A stretch of DNA of 64,000 bases, taken from Camelus ferus (lineage: Eukaryota). Shown here one piece after another: positions 49,300 through 61,711 of the stretch. The notes beneath the pieces are model-generated. The model worked only from the letters and a program-made list of their open reading frames with translations. It made no database searches and was not told the origin of the DNA. The position numbers and the translations under genes were made by a program. The stretch spans positions 19,284,001 through 19,348,000 of the forward strand of contig NC_045697.1 of assembly GCF_009834535.1 (NCBI RefSeq), given 5' to 3'. How positions within the stretch are numbered: the first letter of the stretch is position 1; the number at the start of each line of letters is the position of its first letter.

Positions 49300-49785
49300 T
49301 GTTTTAGTTTCCCAGAACTGCTGCAACAAATGAGCACAAACTGATGGCTTCAAACAATAGAAGTTTCTTCTCTCATAGTTCTGGAGATCAGAAATCCAAA
49401 ATCAAAGTCTTGGCCAGACCATATTCCCTCTGAGGCCCATGGCACTCATTCTTTGTCTCTTCCAGCTTTTGGTGGCTCCTGGTGTTTCTTGGTTCATGGC
49501 AGTATGGCTCCAGTCTCTGCCTCCATCTTTACATGGCCTTCTTTTTGTGTCTCAGTGCCTCAAATTTCTCCCTCCTTTCCATTATAAATCCAGTGAGACT
49601 AGTCAGTAGAGTCCAAAATTCTACACATTAAATCCAATGACTCTAAATCCAGGATGATTTCATCTTGAGACCCTTAATTTAATTGCATCTACAAAAACTC
49701 TGTTTCCAAATAGGGTCACATTTACAGGGACTGGCTGTTAGGACTTGGATATATCTTTTTGGGGGACACAATTCAACCCGCTAGA
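49300..49785 (-). mobile_element. MaLR solo LTR (MLT1C/D-like)
   Basis: 'tgttttagtttcccagaactgctgcaacaaatgagcacaaactgatggcttcaaacaatagaag...ggggacacaattcaaccc'. TSD gacca (49295-49299) / gacta (49786-49790). Confidence 0.9.
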
Positions 49786-52452
49786 GACTACTTAGGAAAT
49801 TAAATCACAATCAAAATGTTTCTTGTTCAATTTGCCTCTGAATAAAGGGAGTAAGTTGCATAGTTATTCTATTTCCTTAGGTTGACTTTGCTTACCTCTT
49901 CGCTGACCCCTTTTCATTAGTCTTAAAGTCATAACTCCAATCCTATTTTCCTTATTTATAAATTCTTTGACGCTTCCTCACCAGAACCCCAATTACTAAC
50001 TGTATCAAGAATTTCCCTCAATAGTGAGATGAACTTCTACCTTGTAGCTACTTTCCTCCATCGCTTTGTTCTTAACCCATCTTCCATCATGTAGATTTAA
50101 TGGGCTTTTTTTTTTTCCACATTCTAGAAACCTTGAGATTCTTAACAAGGTATTGATGTATGCATGAAGTACTGGAGAATATATATCCTTTCTTCACTTT
50201 TTTCATATTCTCTGTTTCTACCAGAGAGTTTTAACAATATGTCGGTTAACTTTTTGCCTTTTCCTCTCTACTGCTAATGTTTTTCTTGTTTCTTACAGTC
50301 TTTTTGATATAGTTGCCTCTGGCTTTGAAAAATACCAAGACTACTGTTTTTTTCTACTTCGTATTATGTAGGAGCCAAAGTTAGGAGCAGAAGCCTGCAC
50401 TAGGAAGAGGATCCTTAGCTTTTATTTTATACTCATTGTGAGAATGTTTGCATCTAAAATCCTGGATATTTGTTAATAGAGCAAAATCACTCGTCCTTGT
50501 TTTAATCAACAACATTGTGATCAGGCTGGATCTTGAACATAGCTTTTTCAATCAGGAGATTAATTGGTGATGGAGTTCAGTTTGGTTCTGCAACCAAACA
50601 ACCTTTTAGAAAATCTTACTCAGAATCTAGAGGGCTAGATGACCCAGGAAGTTGGCTGGTATCACCTTTTGTATTAAAGAAAGCTATCCAAATTTCCAAC
50701 TTGGCTTTGTGAGTGTCCACATCCATTCAACATATCCATGCAACAGAGGATGAATATAAGCATTGTGTGGACAAATACAAGTTCTCTTTAAGGAGATCTA
50801 CTTTTTGGTTGAAAGTAGAAAGGAGTGATGAAAATTGCCCAGAGCTAATCAGAGAAGTAGATTAATTATCAGTCTATAAAATTAGCATTACGCTCCTCCG
50901 TGGGTGCTGTATCTGTTTTCTCCTGCAGACTAAGTAAATGCTTCTTGATCCAGGCAACCAGGAAAGAAAGGCCTCTTCTTATTTGCTAACTCTGGATTGG
51001 TGTTACAGCTGTTATGCAGTTGGAGTTGGGGTTGGTAAATATGTCTGGATAATGCCAATGAACTGCCCATGCCCCTGGCAGCCATTGCTAGTTGATCTCT
51101 GGACCAGGAAACTTCGATAATGGAAAGTGGTAGGCAGAGAAGTAATTTTCCCCCATCTGGGTAGAGTCTCAGTCTACTATACTAGATGGGGAAAGAAAAC
51201 ACCTGGAAAACATACTGTCACCCCCATAGTCTGTGTCCTGGCAGAAATGGCTAATTAGTCCTGGTAATTTCTCACTGACCTTAGACCAAGCTGTATAATT
51301 CTCAACATAGCACTTAGCACAGCCACCATCAGTCAAAAAGATGTGACGTGCGGGGGAGACGTAATCACCATTCCTGAAAGAGACTGCCTCTCTTTTAGTT
51401 TCCAGAAGCCTGAAACCAAGTCTTGCCCTTCTTTGTTCCTGCTGTAGCGCTTAGCTCAATTCTTGAACCAAGATGTCACCCAGGGAATTGTTGTCAGTGG
51501 CACTGGGTTGGGAGGGTGCTGAGGATGGCTTCCAAACCATCTAGTCCAGCCAATCACAACCAGTTGACAGACGGCTGTGAAAATGTCCCTCCAGACCCTG
51601 ATGGTTCAATTTTGGTTGATTTCTAGTAGGAGGTACTTCACGGTCACACATCATTTTCTCTACTATTCTGAGGTTGATTCAAAGACAAACTATGGAATGC
51701 ATTTCTTGCCAAGAAATATTGTTTGAAAACGTTGGTATTTTGTTATTACTGACAAATAAGTTTCTACTTTCCAGCTAATAGACTTGTCCACTTTTATACT
51801 CCCAGCGCTGTGTCAGTCATATATGTGGTGCTCAATAAAGTGAGTTTATGCATTGGATCTCCATGTTTTCAAAAGGCTCTTGAACTTAAAATCATGGTGG
51901 CTAAATATCTCATTTCCCCAAAGACAAAAGGAGAGGAAAGTAAATTAAGCGCAATGAAACATCCTTTGATTAAACAAAGGCAGAGTTCCTTTCTAGGGGT
52001 AGTGGATGAAAACTGGAAAGGGTTACTGAGTGAAGTTCAAATTTCTATTTCTTTGGGACAGCTTTTAAGTACATTCCAGCCTGAAGGCCAGAAGAGACTA
52101 AAGATCTCTCTCAGTCCCTCTGACCCTGGAGACACAATCTTTCTAGAGAAGAAAGAAACCCTGGAGGGCGATGACTGTTGCGAGCAATTACTTAACATCA
52201 CAGAGCATTGTTATCCCATGACCAATGGCTAAATGGGAACAGAATAAGGACTCTCAGGGGCAGCTTGAAAAATATAAGTAAAAGCTTAAAGGTCAGGGAG
52301 TTATATCCATTAAGCGCAGTTTCCTGGAGATGAGTGAATGTACCTACAGCACTGCTAATATTTTATCAAGAGTTAAGGACGCATTAGCATTCTATTTGCA
52401 AGAGTAGGTTTGCCAGATCCTGGTACGCAAATGTGGTCTTCTTGGCTAATAT

Positions 52453-52487
<35 letters not shown>

Positions 52488-52530
52488 GTGTGTGTGTGTT
52501 TGTGCACGTACGCGTGTGCGTGTGTGTATG
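52453..52530. repeat. (TG)n imperfect microsatellite
   Basis: Directly visible. Confidence 0.95.
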
Positions 52531-52779
52531 TTTTGCTTGGCTTTTATTTCCCTTTCTCATTCTTGGCCTCAATTTGTTAGGATATAGTGACAGAGTTTCA
52601 AAATACAGCCATTGATCTTTTCTTAATTGACTGTGATTCCTTAAATGAGAAATCTTACTTGGGTAGAGGACTGACCAGGAGAAGGATTTGCAATTTCAAT
52701 TATAAATCTCTCTCTCTTTTGATTTTCTGGTTTCTTGGTTGCCTGGATAGGAAGTTAGCACTGTTTTTAAAAAGAGGCA

Positions 52780-53348
52780 TGTGGAAGGGACTCTAGCTGT
52801 CCATCAAACCCATTTTGTCTTCTTTCTTAGCATATGTTTAGATCATATTTACCATGCTCCCTCACAGCTTAGTGTAGCCACAATACTGAGTTCTAGCCAA
52901 CAACATATCAGCAGAGGTAATCATGCCAGTGCTTCTCAGTGTGTGGTCCAAAGACCAGCAGGGCCAGTGTCACTAGGGAGCTTGTTGGAAATGCAGATTC
53001 TTGAGCCCCATCCTAGACGTACTGAATCAGGATCTGTGGGGGCGGGGACCGGAAGTCTGCAAGCTTGCTCTCAGGTCATTCCGATGCATGTTACAGTTTG
53101 GGAGGCTGTGATGTCAAGCACATCAATTTGCTCCTTAAAGATTTCCCGTGTGTGATACTTCAGGTTTTTTCTCCTTCCTGGCTTGATGCAGATGGGTCAC
53201 TGCATCGTCATTTGCAGAAAAGATTGCTTACCAATTAGGAACACCGTTTTGGATTTCATAGGAATGAAAAACAAACATTTCTTCAGTAAAATCACTGAGA
53301 TCGTGGCATTTAGTTTTAGAGCAGCTTGTGTTAACTTAAACTGCTACA
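52780..53348 (+). mobile_element. MaLR solo LTR (MLT1J-like) split by a MER5A at ~52927-53110
   Basis: LTR 'ccctcacagcttagtgtagccacaatactgagttctagccaa...aatcactgagatcgtggcatttagttttagagcagc'. The insert 'cagtgcttctcagtgtgtggtcc...gggagcttgttggaaatgcagattcttgagccccatcctagacgtactgaatcag' is MER5A. Confidence 0.75.
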
Positions 53349-53589
53349 ATGATGGATGGGAAAATGATTTATTCAGGTAATTTAAGTGAGTCATTTTTTA
53401 TGAAGCAATCCCTTACTGAGTTTTGGGTTGTATTTTAAGCCAATTACTTAGAATTTACTGACCGTACTCCTTTCTTTTCATACTGAGTATGAAAATATCC
53501 AACCATGATTATAGATTTTCATATTTTAGTTCTGTTAAATTTTGAATAATTTAACACTCCTATAGGCATGGAGGGGTTCAGGTATCAGG

Positions 53590-53780
53590 TAAAATGTTGG
53601 GGAAGGAGCACTAGAGGAATGACTAGTGTCTGAATCCTGGTTTTGTTATTTCCTAGATGTGTGATGCTAGGGAAATAATCTCATTTCCCTGAGCCTCGAA
53701 TTTCCATTCCTAAAACTGGATGGGATGAACAACAGAGATTGTCCCTACAGGGGATGTCTCCTGCTCTGCTCTGTGACTTT
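53590..53780 (+). mobile_element. MIR/MIR3 remnant
   Basis: 'ctgaatcctggttttgttatttcctagatgtgtgatgctagggaaataatctcatttccctgagcctcgaatttccattcctaaaactgg'. Confidence 0.65.
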
Positions 53781-55599
53781 CGTGTGTACATTCATGTACT
53801 CAGAAAAGGGCCTCGAGGAAGTTTTGGCAAATGGATGCAGACTTATTCCATCACTCGGCCCCTCAGGATTTTAATGCATAACCTTGGCTCATGTATGACC
53901 ATTAAAAGTTTGTAGAAAGTTCGTCTGGTTTCTTTTCATCTTCATCTATTGCCAATTCCTCCCCTCTCATTGCTCTACCAGGAATGAAACCAACTGTGGT
54001 GTCTTTTCTCTGAGGAAGGGCTTTCCACTGTGTAAAGTTTAGTTCAGTTAGATTTCTTTGAATTTTCAGCTCTTAGCATTTTTTTCAAAATTATATTACA
54101 TATAGCTTATTTTGCCCTTTTTTTAAATAGCTTAAAGTGGGTGTGATACTCTCTGACAACTGTCTACACCATAACCAGAAGCACTAGTCTTTTTAGTGAG
54201 TTTTATGAGTATCACTGATGTGAATTGCCTGGGTATTCTCAAGCTCCCCAGCCTGCTTTTCCATTAAGTTAAATTAGTCAGAATCCCAGTAGCCTAGAGG
54301 GTGGGAGACCCAAATTGCCTCCTAATACCCCAACATACTCTTGGGAAACTTACCTTGTCTTCCACTCACCTCTTGCTCTCATTTCATGTTTCTGCTGAAT
54401 TCTCTCTGTCCTTTGCATCTCACTTCTGGCAGCTGTTTCATTTGCTTTGACTCCCATCAACCTCACTTGAATGAAAGCAGGAGACTTCAGTAGGCGAGGA
54501 AGAGCTGAAAGGGTGAGGGAGTAGGGAGGGTAAGAAAAAAGAAAGTATGAGCTTAGGGAGGGGTCTGCTCTGGCTGGTGCAGGGAATGACCAAGTGGGAC
54601 GTTCTGAAAATTGGTGCGAGAGCCTGTGCTCTCCGTCGTTTTAATAAAATAAAAGAGATGACTGTCGATGCTCCTTGCTGTCCCTCTCTATTCTGAGAAT
54701 CAGGATTTTATTACTGAAATGTTTGAGTAAAGAGCTGCTTGAAGTCTCTGTGTGGTTGCTCCTTGCGGGTAATGATGCAATGATGTTAACTGGTGACCAG
54801 GATGGTGTGACCCACCACCAGCACCCCTACAAGCCCATCTTCCACCTACTGGTTGGGGAGTGGACCCACCTGGGGAGAAGATCTGGCTGGAAAAACAGCG
54901 TGGCTCGTTCCCTCTCCTCTCCTCCTTGCATCCTGGGTAAGTCTATTCCAACAGTCTACTTCTCAGCCTTCACCATGCACAACTAGTTCTTGCAACAAAG
55001 AACTTAAAGAGGAAACATGGCAAGAGAAGAACATTCTTTCTGTGATGCAGAAAAAAATCTTCACCATAGGGCCTAACTGTACTGTCATTTGAATACAAAC
55101 TCACCATGGGTTTGAAAACCTTATATGTGGCTAGAGGGTAAAGTTTAATCGTATGGGGTAAATTTCCCCAGGGCATCTTCGTGGGGAAAAATGAAAAGCC
55201 CATACCACCGTGACGCAGTAAAACTAAGCCAGAGGAAAAAGGAGACTACAAAGGCTTCTCAAGGACAACTTTTGTCTGCAGTTCCTTTAAGGGACTTGAA
55301 GCTGGGGCTACGGGAAAGATCGTGTGTGGCTGGTGGCTCTGACACATCCCTCACCCACCTCCAGCCTTCAGCTTATTCACTGTTTGTGCGTACAGGTGTG
55401 ATCGCTCCTGGAGTCCCTTTCCTAACAGAAGGGGCAGCTGCAACACCCAGCTGATGACTCGGAAGCCTCTCAGAGCTGAGTGAGGACAGACTTGGTGGTT
55501 TTCCCCTCCGTGGCTTTTTGCCGAGGATGCTGCTGTTTGTATATTTCCCTCCAGCTACCAGAGAAACAACCCATCTCCTCCGGGAGACCACAGCCTCTT

Positions 55600-55805
55600 T
55601 GTTCAGACATTTATCACCATGTTTGACACTTGGCGCTGTATTATCTGTCTCCCTGCTTTGCCTCTCCCCCTAAATCTGCACTTTTTAGAGGAAGGGACTC
55701 TGTCCTGTTTGTGTAACATCCCCAGAGCCTAGCACAGTTCTTGGCAGGCTCCAGATGCTCAGTAAATATTTGCCAAAGGAATGAGTGAATACATGTGTGA
55801 ATGAA
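55600..55805 (+). mobile_element. L2 3' end
   Basis: 'catccccagagcctagcacagttcttggcagg...tgctcagtaaatatttg...gaatgagtgaat'. Confidence 0.8.
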
Positions 55806-55964
55806 ATAATGAATATATACCTAACATGTTGAACATAATTTTGGGAATTAAACATGCAACAATCCCTGAACACCCAAAACACCAAAATCAAAATGTAAAA
55901 CAGTATTTTGATTTCTAACATTTCTGTTAAGTTTGGATTTAAGAATTCCTTAAGTAGTTCATCA

Positions 55965-56220
55965 GCTGTATTAGGCAGGAATTTTGTTTGATGGCTAGGA
56001 AGAGAGAGCTGACTATCAGGGTTTAAATGCATTGGGGGTTAGTTTTATCCTGTGAAATAAAATCCAAAGTTAGGGAGTCCATACCAGGTGGAGCAGCTTC
56101 ATGAAGCTCCAGACTTTTTTTTTTGTCTTTCTGTCCAATCCATCCTTAGTGTGTGTCTTCCATTGTCAAGGTTACCAGAGGGCTGCTGGAGATCCAGCTA
56201 GTATGTCTGCATCCCACCCA
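55965..56220 (-). mobile_element. Old MaLR LTR fragment
   Basis: 'tgtattaggcagg...ggctagg...caaggttaccagagggctgctggagatccagc'. Confidence 0.5.
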
Positions 56221-56349
56221 AATTCATATTGTCAGCTTCTTATTCTGTTCAGTTTTACCCAGAGGAGTTTTCAAGGCCTGAGTAGAATAGAGTTTCAACA
56301 TGGGTCTCAGAAGTTACATAGAACTGAGCCAGGTCCTCCATGAGACACA

Positions 56350-56637
56350 GCTCATCCCCACAGAACTATAAAAGTGCTAACTTTCATACTTGTGCTGGGG
56401 AGTGTGGTTGCCCAGCATCCTTGCTTTGAGCCAGGATAAATTCTGCGGGATAATTTACACTCCAGAACAGCACTGAGGGTTCAGACTGAGGCTGGGACCT
56501 AGCCTGAAACGGCCCGTTAGCTTGGCTCTTCCCCTCTCGGAATCCCTAACCAGTCTCCTGGAAGCACTGTCATCATTAATTGCTTGTACATGAAACCTGG
56601 TGTTCGGGTCTGCTCCTGGGGAGCCTGACCTAAGATC
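56350..56637 (+). mobile_element. ERVL LTR (LTR16-like) 3' part
   Basis: 'caggataaattctgcgggataatttacactccag...cattaattgcttgtacatgaaacctggtgttcgggtctgctcctggggagcctgacctaaga'. Confidence 0.75.
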
Positions 56638-58854
56638 ATGCCTGCTCAGGGACAGCTGAGGCAAGGTTCAAGGTCAAGCATGAGGAACCTGCATCCTAAG
56701 GCAGCCTCTGTGCCTGGTGAAGACACAAGCATTTGCTGAGGGGAGAAGGAAGGGGTTCTCTTTTCCTAAACCCCTTATGGCCCATGCTGGGTGAGCCCCC
56801 TTCCTGGCTGGGACCCGACGGCCTCTGCCTTTCTGAGGTCCATGGCTCCCAGGCCTTTGATGAGACCCAGATGACTTTGCTTTAGATTTCCATGTAGAAT
56901 CTGCCATGTGGAAGAGGCCACCTTGAGCAATAATAATCTGTGCTGCCAAGAGGCTTAGAGCCTCTTGTCTGGCCTTGGTGGTTAAAGCCTACTGCACAAC
57001 TGTACAGAAAGAGTTGTGTGAATCCAAATAAGCATTTAGGAACCAACAAGACCATACCACTCTGTCTGCACAACTCACATCGAAGGCCCCAAGTTGGGTG
57101 CCCTTTAACATCGGAAGCATCAGCAGGTCCATGAAGGCTTTGTTGCCCCTTATGTTATACCTTATCTATTTCCCAGTGTTCCTGGCTCCTGCACCAGAAG
57201 TTGACTGTCCCCTGAATTGAATGTATCCCCCTACTGAAATATAGGACTTTCCTGCATGGGGTCCTGCTCCTGTCAGATATAGAGGAGGAAGGCATAGAGG
57301 AGATTGCATGCTTCTCAAATTACAAGGAGGGGTTGGGGGAAGGGGTGTTAGAATCTGCCGGCCAGTTTATTGTCCCAAACTTACCAGTCAGATACATCAT
57401 CCCATTCCCTGTCCCATCATTTTGAGAATGGATTTGGGAGTAGAGAGGACCCAGGAGATTTATCCTCAGGGAGCTCCTTACAACATGGAATGAAACATGA
57501 GGCATGGGAAACAAATATTCTTCCTTATATTTTCTATCAGCCTGTCATATTTTCAATCTCTACTCTCCTCCATGACCAGGTGCTTCAGGAATGCTGTCTC
57601 ACTCAGCTCTGGTCCCAGCCTAGGGTGGAGAATCAGTTTGGTTTAAGCCCATCTTGTTGATGCTATTCTATTTGGCTATGAGTGGTTTAGGAAGATGGAG
57701 ATTGAGGAAGATCCTTCCCCCACCCTCTACTGCTGCTGCGTGAGGACTGAGTCCTGGTCTGGATGTCTTTTTCTATTGATGGAGAGATTATTTTTTCCAT
57801 TTCTGCTGCTATTATAATTTTTTTTAGCTCAAACTTGTATAAAACTAATAGCCATAGATAACTTTTACATGAACAGTTATTAAACAAGACTACTACTTCC
57901 ATACTAGTGCCTGTGATTTTTTTTGAACTAAATTCAAGAGCGATAATCTTTCTCTAACTTGAAAATACACTAAAATGGAATTAAATCTACTTCTGCACAC
58001 CTGTTTGGTAACTGTTTGAAATTTCGGTTCTAGAAAAGCAGAACTGTGTGAATTGTGAGTCACTTCTGCTGGGGATAATCAGAAAGGGAGGAAATTGGGA
58101 GTTGGGAACAGAAAGGGGAGGTAAAGCAGATGGCACAGGAAGGATGGAGGTTTTTGCAGCAAGTCCTTGGGGAAGACAAAGGAAAATGAAGCCCGGCAAA
58201 CTCAGAAGGATATTCAGGTGACATCTGTGAGCAGGAGCTGAGGAATCGAAAGCCAAAATGTGGGAGAGATTTGACAGGCATGTGATCTAGGGAGGAGGTA
58301 GAAAGAATCTTCTGAGTCACGTAATCAGGAAGGCATTGACCATTTGAATGGAGAACCAGACAAAGAAAAAAATAAATAGAATTTACAAGCACTTCAAAGA
58401 AATTTTAAGAAACTGTCCAAAATTTCAAGAAAGTTCAATGAAAATTAATATTATAGGACCCATTATTACTAATTTAATAATGTCTTTATTATTTTATTTT
58501 CATGAATGCAAAATATATTTTAAAGAGAGTTCATAGGTTCAATTCTAGTAAAGCTAAAGCTTCATGATGGCAGGGATTCAGGGAGATTTGTTCACTTTTG
58601 TATCCTCAGTGGATAGTCCTGGCACCTGCTAGGCTTTCCGTGAGATTTCTGTGAATAAATCTATAATATTGGCTTAGAAAATGGTGCTTCCTTCCGCATC
58701 CTTTCCCCCTTGTTGGTCCTGAGACCACTCCCTAATGAGCTTCCTGCATCTCAGCATTTGCTTTCCTGGGAACTTGCCCTAAAACAACATGTACACACAT
58801 ATATAAAGAATCTTTTTAAAATATGAAGGGCAGTAATTTTCCAGTCGTTGATCT

Positions 58855-59010
58855 GAAGGACCATCTTATCCCCAGAGTTCCGTGTGGGGTCAGCTGAGAC
58901 TTTGGTTGAGACGGTAGCATAAACCAACTTTTTTCTCTGCCTAATTCTCTTTCCTTCTCTTCCCGTCCACAGACATGAGGCCCCGGGAATGTATTCCTTT
59001 ATCTCACATC
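58855..59010 (+). mobile_element. ERVL LTR (LTR16-like) fragment
   Basis: 'ccagagttccgtgtggggtcagctgagactttggttgagac...ctctgcctaattctctttccttctcttcccgtccacagacatga'. Confidence 0.55.
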
Positions 59011-59464
59011 CATTCTGCCCATTAGATTTGGAGGAATCAGGAGGCAGATGCTTTCTTCCATTATCAGCGTTCTGGCCTTTACCTACAAGCAATAATCATA
59101 AGTCACTATCAGCCCTATTCCCTTTTTGCAGCTTAATCCTTGCAAAGGATTCCTTCTTGCATGGAATCAGGGTCAGAAGCTGCGGGAAAATGAAGCCAAA
59201 TCTGAGACGGATTTGTGAAGAGATCACACTGACTTTCTGCACTCCCTGATTTCCTCTTCTTTCTCTATGATGAAGGAATCATAGATCAAATAGAAACTGC
59301 TGGGGTGTAGCGAAGGTGAACCACAGAGGGAGGTTTGGGAGTTAGGATAGTGCTAAAGGAAGGCCAAGGCTGCATGCAGCTTGGATGGACAGGAGTGGGT
59401 GGTCATTCATTCTTAGCAATGCCTCTATGACATTTCCCTATTAAACACACAAAGTAGATAAGGA

Positions 59465-59940
59465 TGTCACTGAGTCCAAGCTTATACTGCTCATTGCACG
59501 ACAGGCCAATAAACTGAGAGATGAATTGTTGTGGCAAGGAATAGAGACTTTATTTGGAAAGCCAAATGAGAAGATGGTGGACTAATGTCCCAAAGAACCA
59601 TCTTCCCTGAGTTAGAATTCAGGCTTCTTTTATATTAAAAAGGGAGGGAGTAAAGTCAAACATTTCCTGGCTCTGGTCAGCCTCCAGAAGGGATGTGTTA
59701 ATTTCTTCCTTCCTGCACTCATTCACTGATGGGCTTGGTCAGGATGTTTCTTGTGAGCTAACAAAGGTAGTTTAGCTTAACGCTCATTACCTGGGAGGCA
59801 GGGCTCCCAGAGATGGGTCATTATGTATAATTTAAACTTACAGGCAACAGCCCTTTAGTGACTAACAAGCAACAGAATACGAAGGTTAAAGTGAAAGAAA
59901 CAGATCCAATATGGAATCAGATTTGTTGTTCCCTGTCTCA
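59465..59940 (-). mobile_element. Intact ERV1-class solo LTR (MER41-like artiodactyl family)
   Basis: TG...CA termini, perfect 4-bp TSD agga (59461-59464 / 59941-59944), 476 bp long. Minus-strand TATAAAA at 59628-59634 followed by AATAAA at 59549-59554. Confidence 0.88.
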
Positions 59941-60149
59941 AGGAAATGTATTAGCTACATTATCTACACATCCATCTTAACTCTGGACCAATGATGACAT
60001 TTCAGATCTTAAGGCCTGGTGGAGGCAGATGAATAATTGATCTTTAAGACTTCCTAACTGTGATATTTTCCTGGCCACACTCATGTTTTTAAAATTTTTT
60101 TTTTTATTAAGACATCCCAAGAAGCTGAGGCACATATTCTGCCATTCCT

Positions 60150-60700
60150 TGACAGTACATGACGTCCAGCCAAGACAATGAAGCATAGAGGTCAGAGGAC
60201 AAAAAGCTTTTTTAATATGCCAGTACAGCATCCATTAGCACGGATGCCTAATAGTCATATTGTTATCTCGCAAATGGCATCAGTGCTGTATTTACACTTA
60301 CAAGGAGAACGCTGCTTCAGCATATTGTTAATTAGGACACTGCCCGAGGCTAGTGCAGATTAATCTCCTTAAATATGTTTACTGTATGGAGTAATCATGA
60401 TTAATTAGCACATAAGATTGGTCCAAAATGAGAGGATTTGAACGAAATCTTGCTCTGTTTGTCTCCTGTTGGACAAGCAGCCACCAAGCTTCCAGCGGAG
60501 GCACCTTTAGTACAGCACCTACTAGCTCATCCTAATAGGTACCATGGTGTTAGGTGATCAAGAGATGGTAAATAGACGGCCAGTAATACCCTTTCAATTA
60601 CCCTTGTAAAGCTGCTGTTTAGAGATCTCAAGGGTATCGGATCAAGACACCAGCAGGCTAATGGGTGAGATGCCTTTGGACAGAGCTTGGCGCTCGAGAG
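60150..60700. promoter_or_regulatory. Candidate conserved enhancer (homeodomain/forkhead motif cluster)
   Basis: Palindromes AGATTAATCT (60357-60366) and TAATCATGATTA (60392-60403), TTAATTAG twice, TGTTTAC at 60376-60382. Repeat-free. Confidence 0.4.
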
Positions 60701-61196
60701 GTGAAGAACTTAAATTTGCTCTGCTGTCTGACCACCCCTGGGTATAACACTGACATTTCTACCTTAATTTTTGGAGTGCTTGCCTAAGGGTGACCCGTCG
60801 TGTGTTTCCTGGGGATCAGTGGAATTGCTGTTACCACTAGGCTGATTTCCTTTTCTTCTCCAATATTTCTGCCGGCCACCAAGTGGCTGTCTTGGGCATT
60901 GCCCTGCTGTAATAGTATGGACTGAACCTACATGAGATCCAGCTATGCGGGGCTGTGCCTTCTCCAGCTTTGCTCTGCTGTGTCCTTCTCTGGATCAAAC
61001 CTCCATCGCAGGTGTCATTCTACAGCTAAATGTTGCCACTCCTGCGTGGACTGTGCCAGGTGCTCTGTGAAATATGACAATGAACAGGACTTAGTTTCAG
61101 CCACTGGTAGCTCCAAGGGTGACTTTGGGTAAGGGGCATAATTGTTTCCCTAATTCTCACCACTTGCCCAAAGCCATCCAAGCTAAACATACAAGA

Positions 61197-61711
61197 TGTA
61201 TTAGTCTGAGTTCTCTAGAGAAACAAATCTGATAGGGTAGCTATCTAGCTATCTTTCTGTCTGTCTATCATCTACCTATACAAAATTTTTGTTATGAGAA
61301 ATTGGCTCATGCAATTATGGAGACTGAGAAGTCCCATGATTTGCTGTCTTCAAGCTGGAGACCCAGGAAAGCCAGTGGTATAATTCAGTTTGATTCTGGA
61401 GGCCTGAGAACTGGGGGAGCCAGTGGTTTAAATCCCAGTTCAAGGGCTGAGAAGATGCGATGAGGTGTCCCAGCTCAAGTAGGCAGGCAGGAAGCAGAAA
61501 AGGGCAAATTCCTCCATCCTCTACATTTTGTTCTGTTCAGGCCCTCAATGGAATGGGTGATGCCTCTCTGCATTGGTGAGGGCAATCTACTTTACTGAGT
61601 CCAGATTCCAATGCTAATCTCACCAGGAAACACCCTCACTGGACATCCAGACATAATTTGTTCCATGGGCATCCCATGGCCAGCCAAGTTGACACAAAAT
61701 TAACCATTACA
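61197..61711 (-). mobile_element. ERVL solo LTR (MLT2-like)
   Basis: 'tgtattagtctgagttctctagagaaaca...ttatgagaaattggctcatgcaattatggagactgagaagtcccatgat...ccaagttgacacaaaattaaccattaca'. Confidence 0.92.

Noticed and set aside
51810..52232. 140-aa ORF with plausible amino-acid composition
   Set aside because: GTG start, no family I recognise and no clear splice boundaries. A tBLASTn/PhyloCSF test would be needed to revive it.
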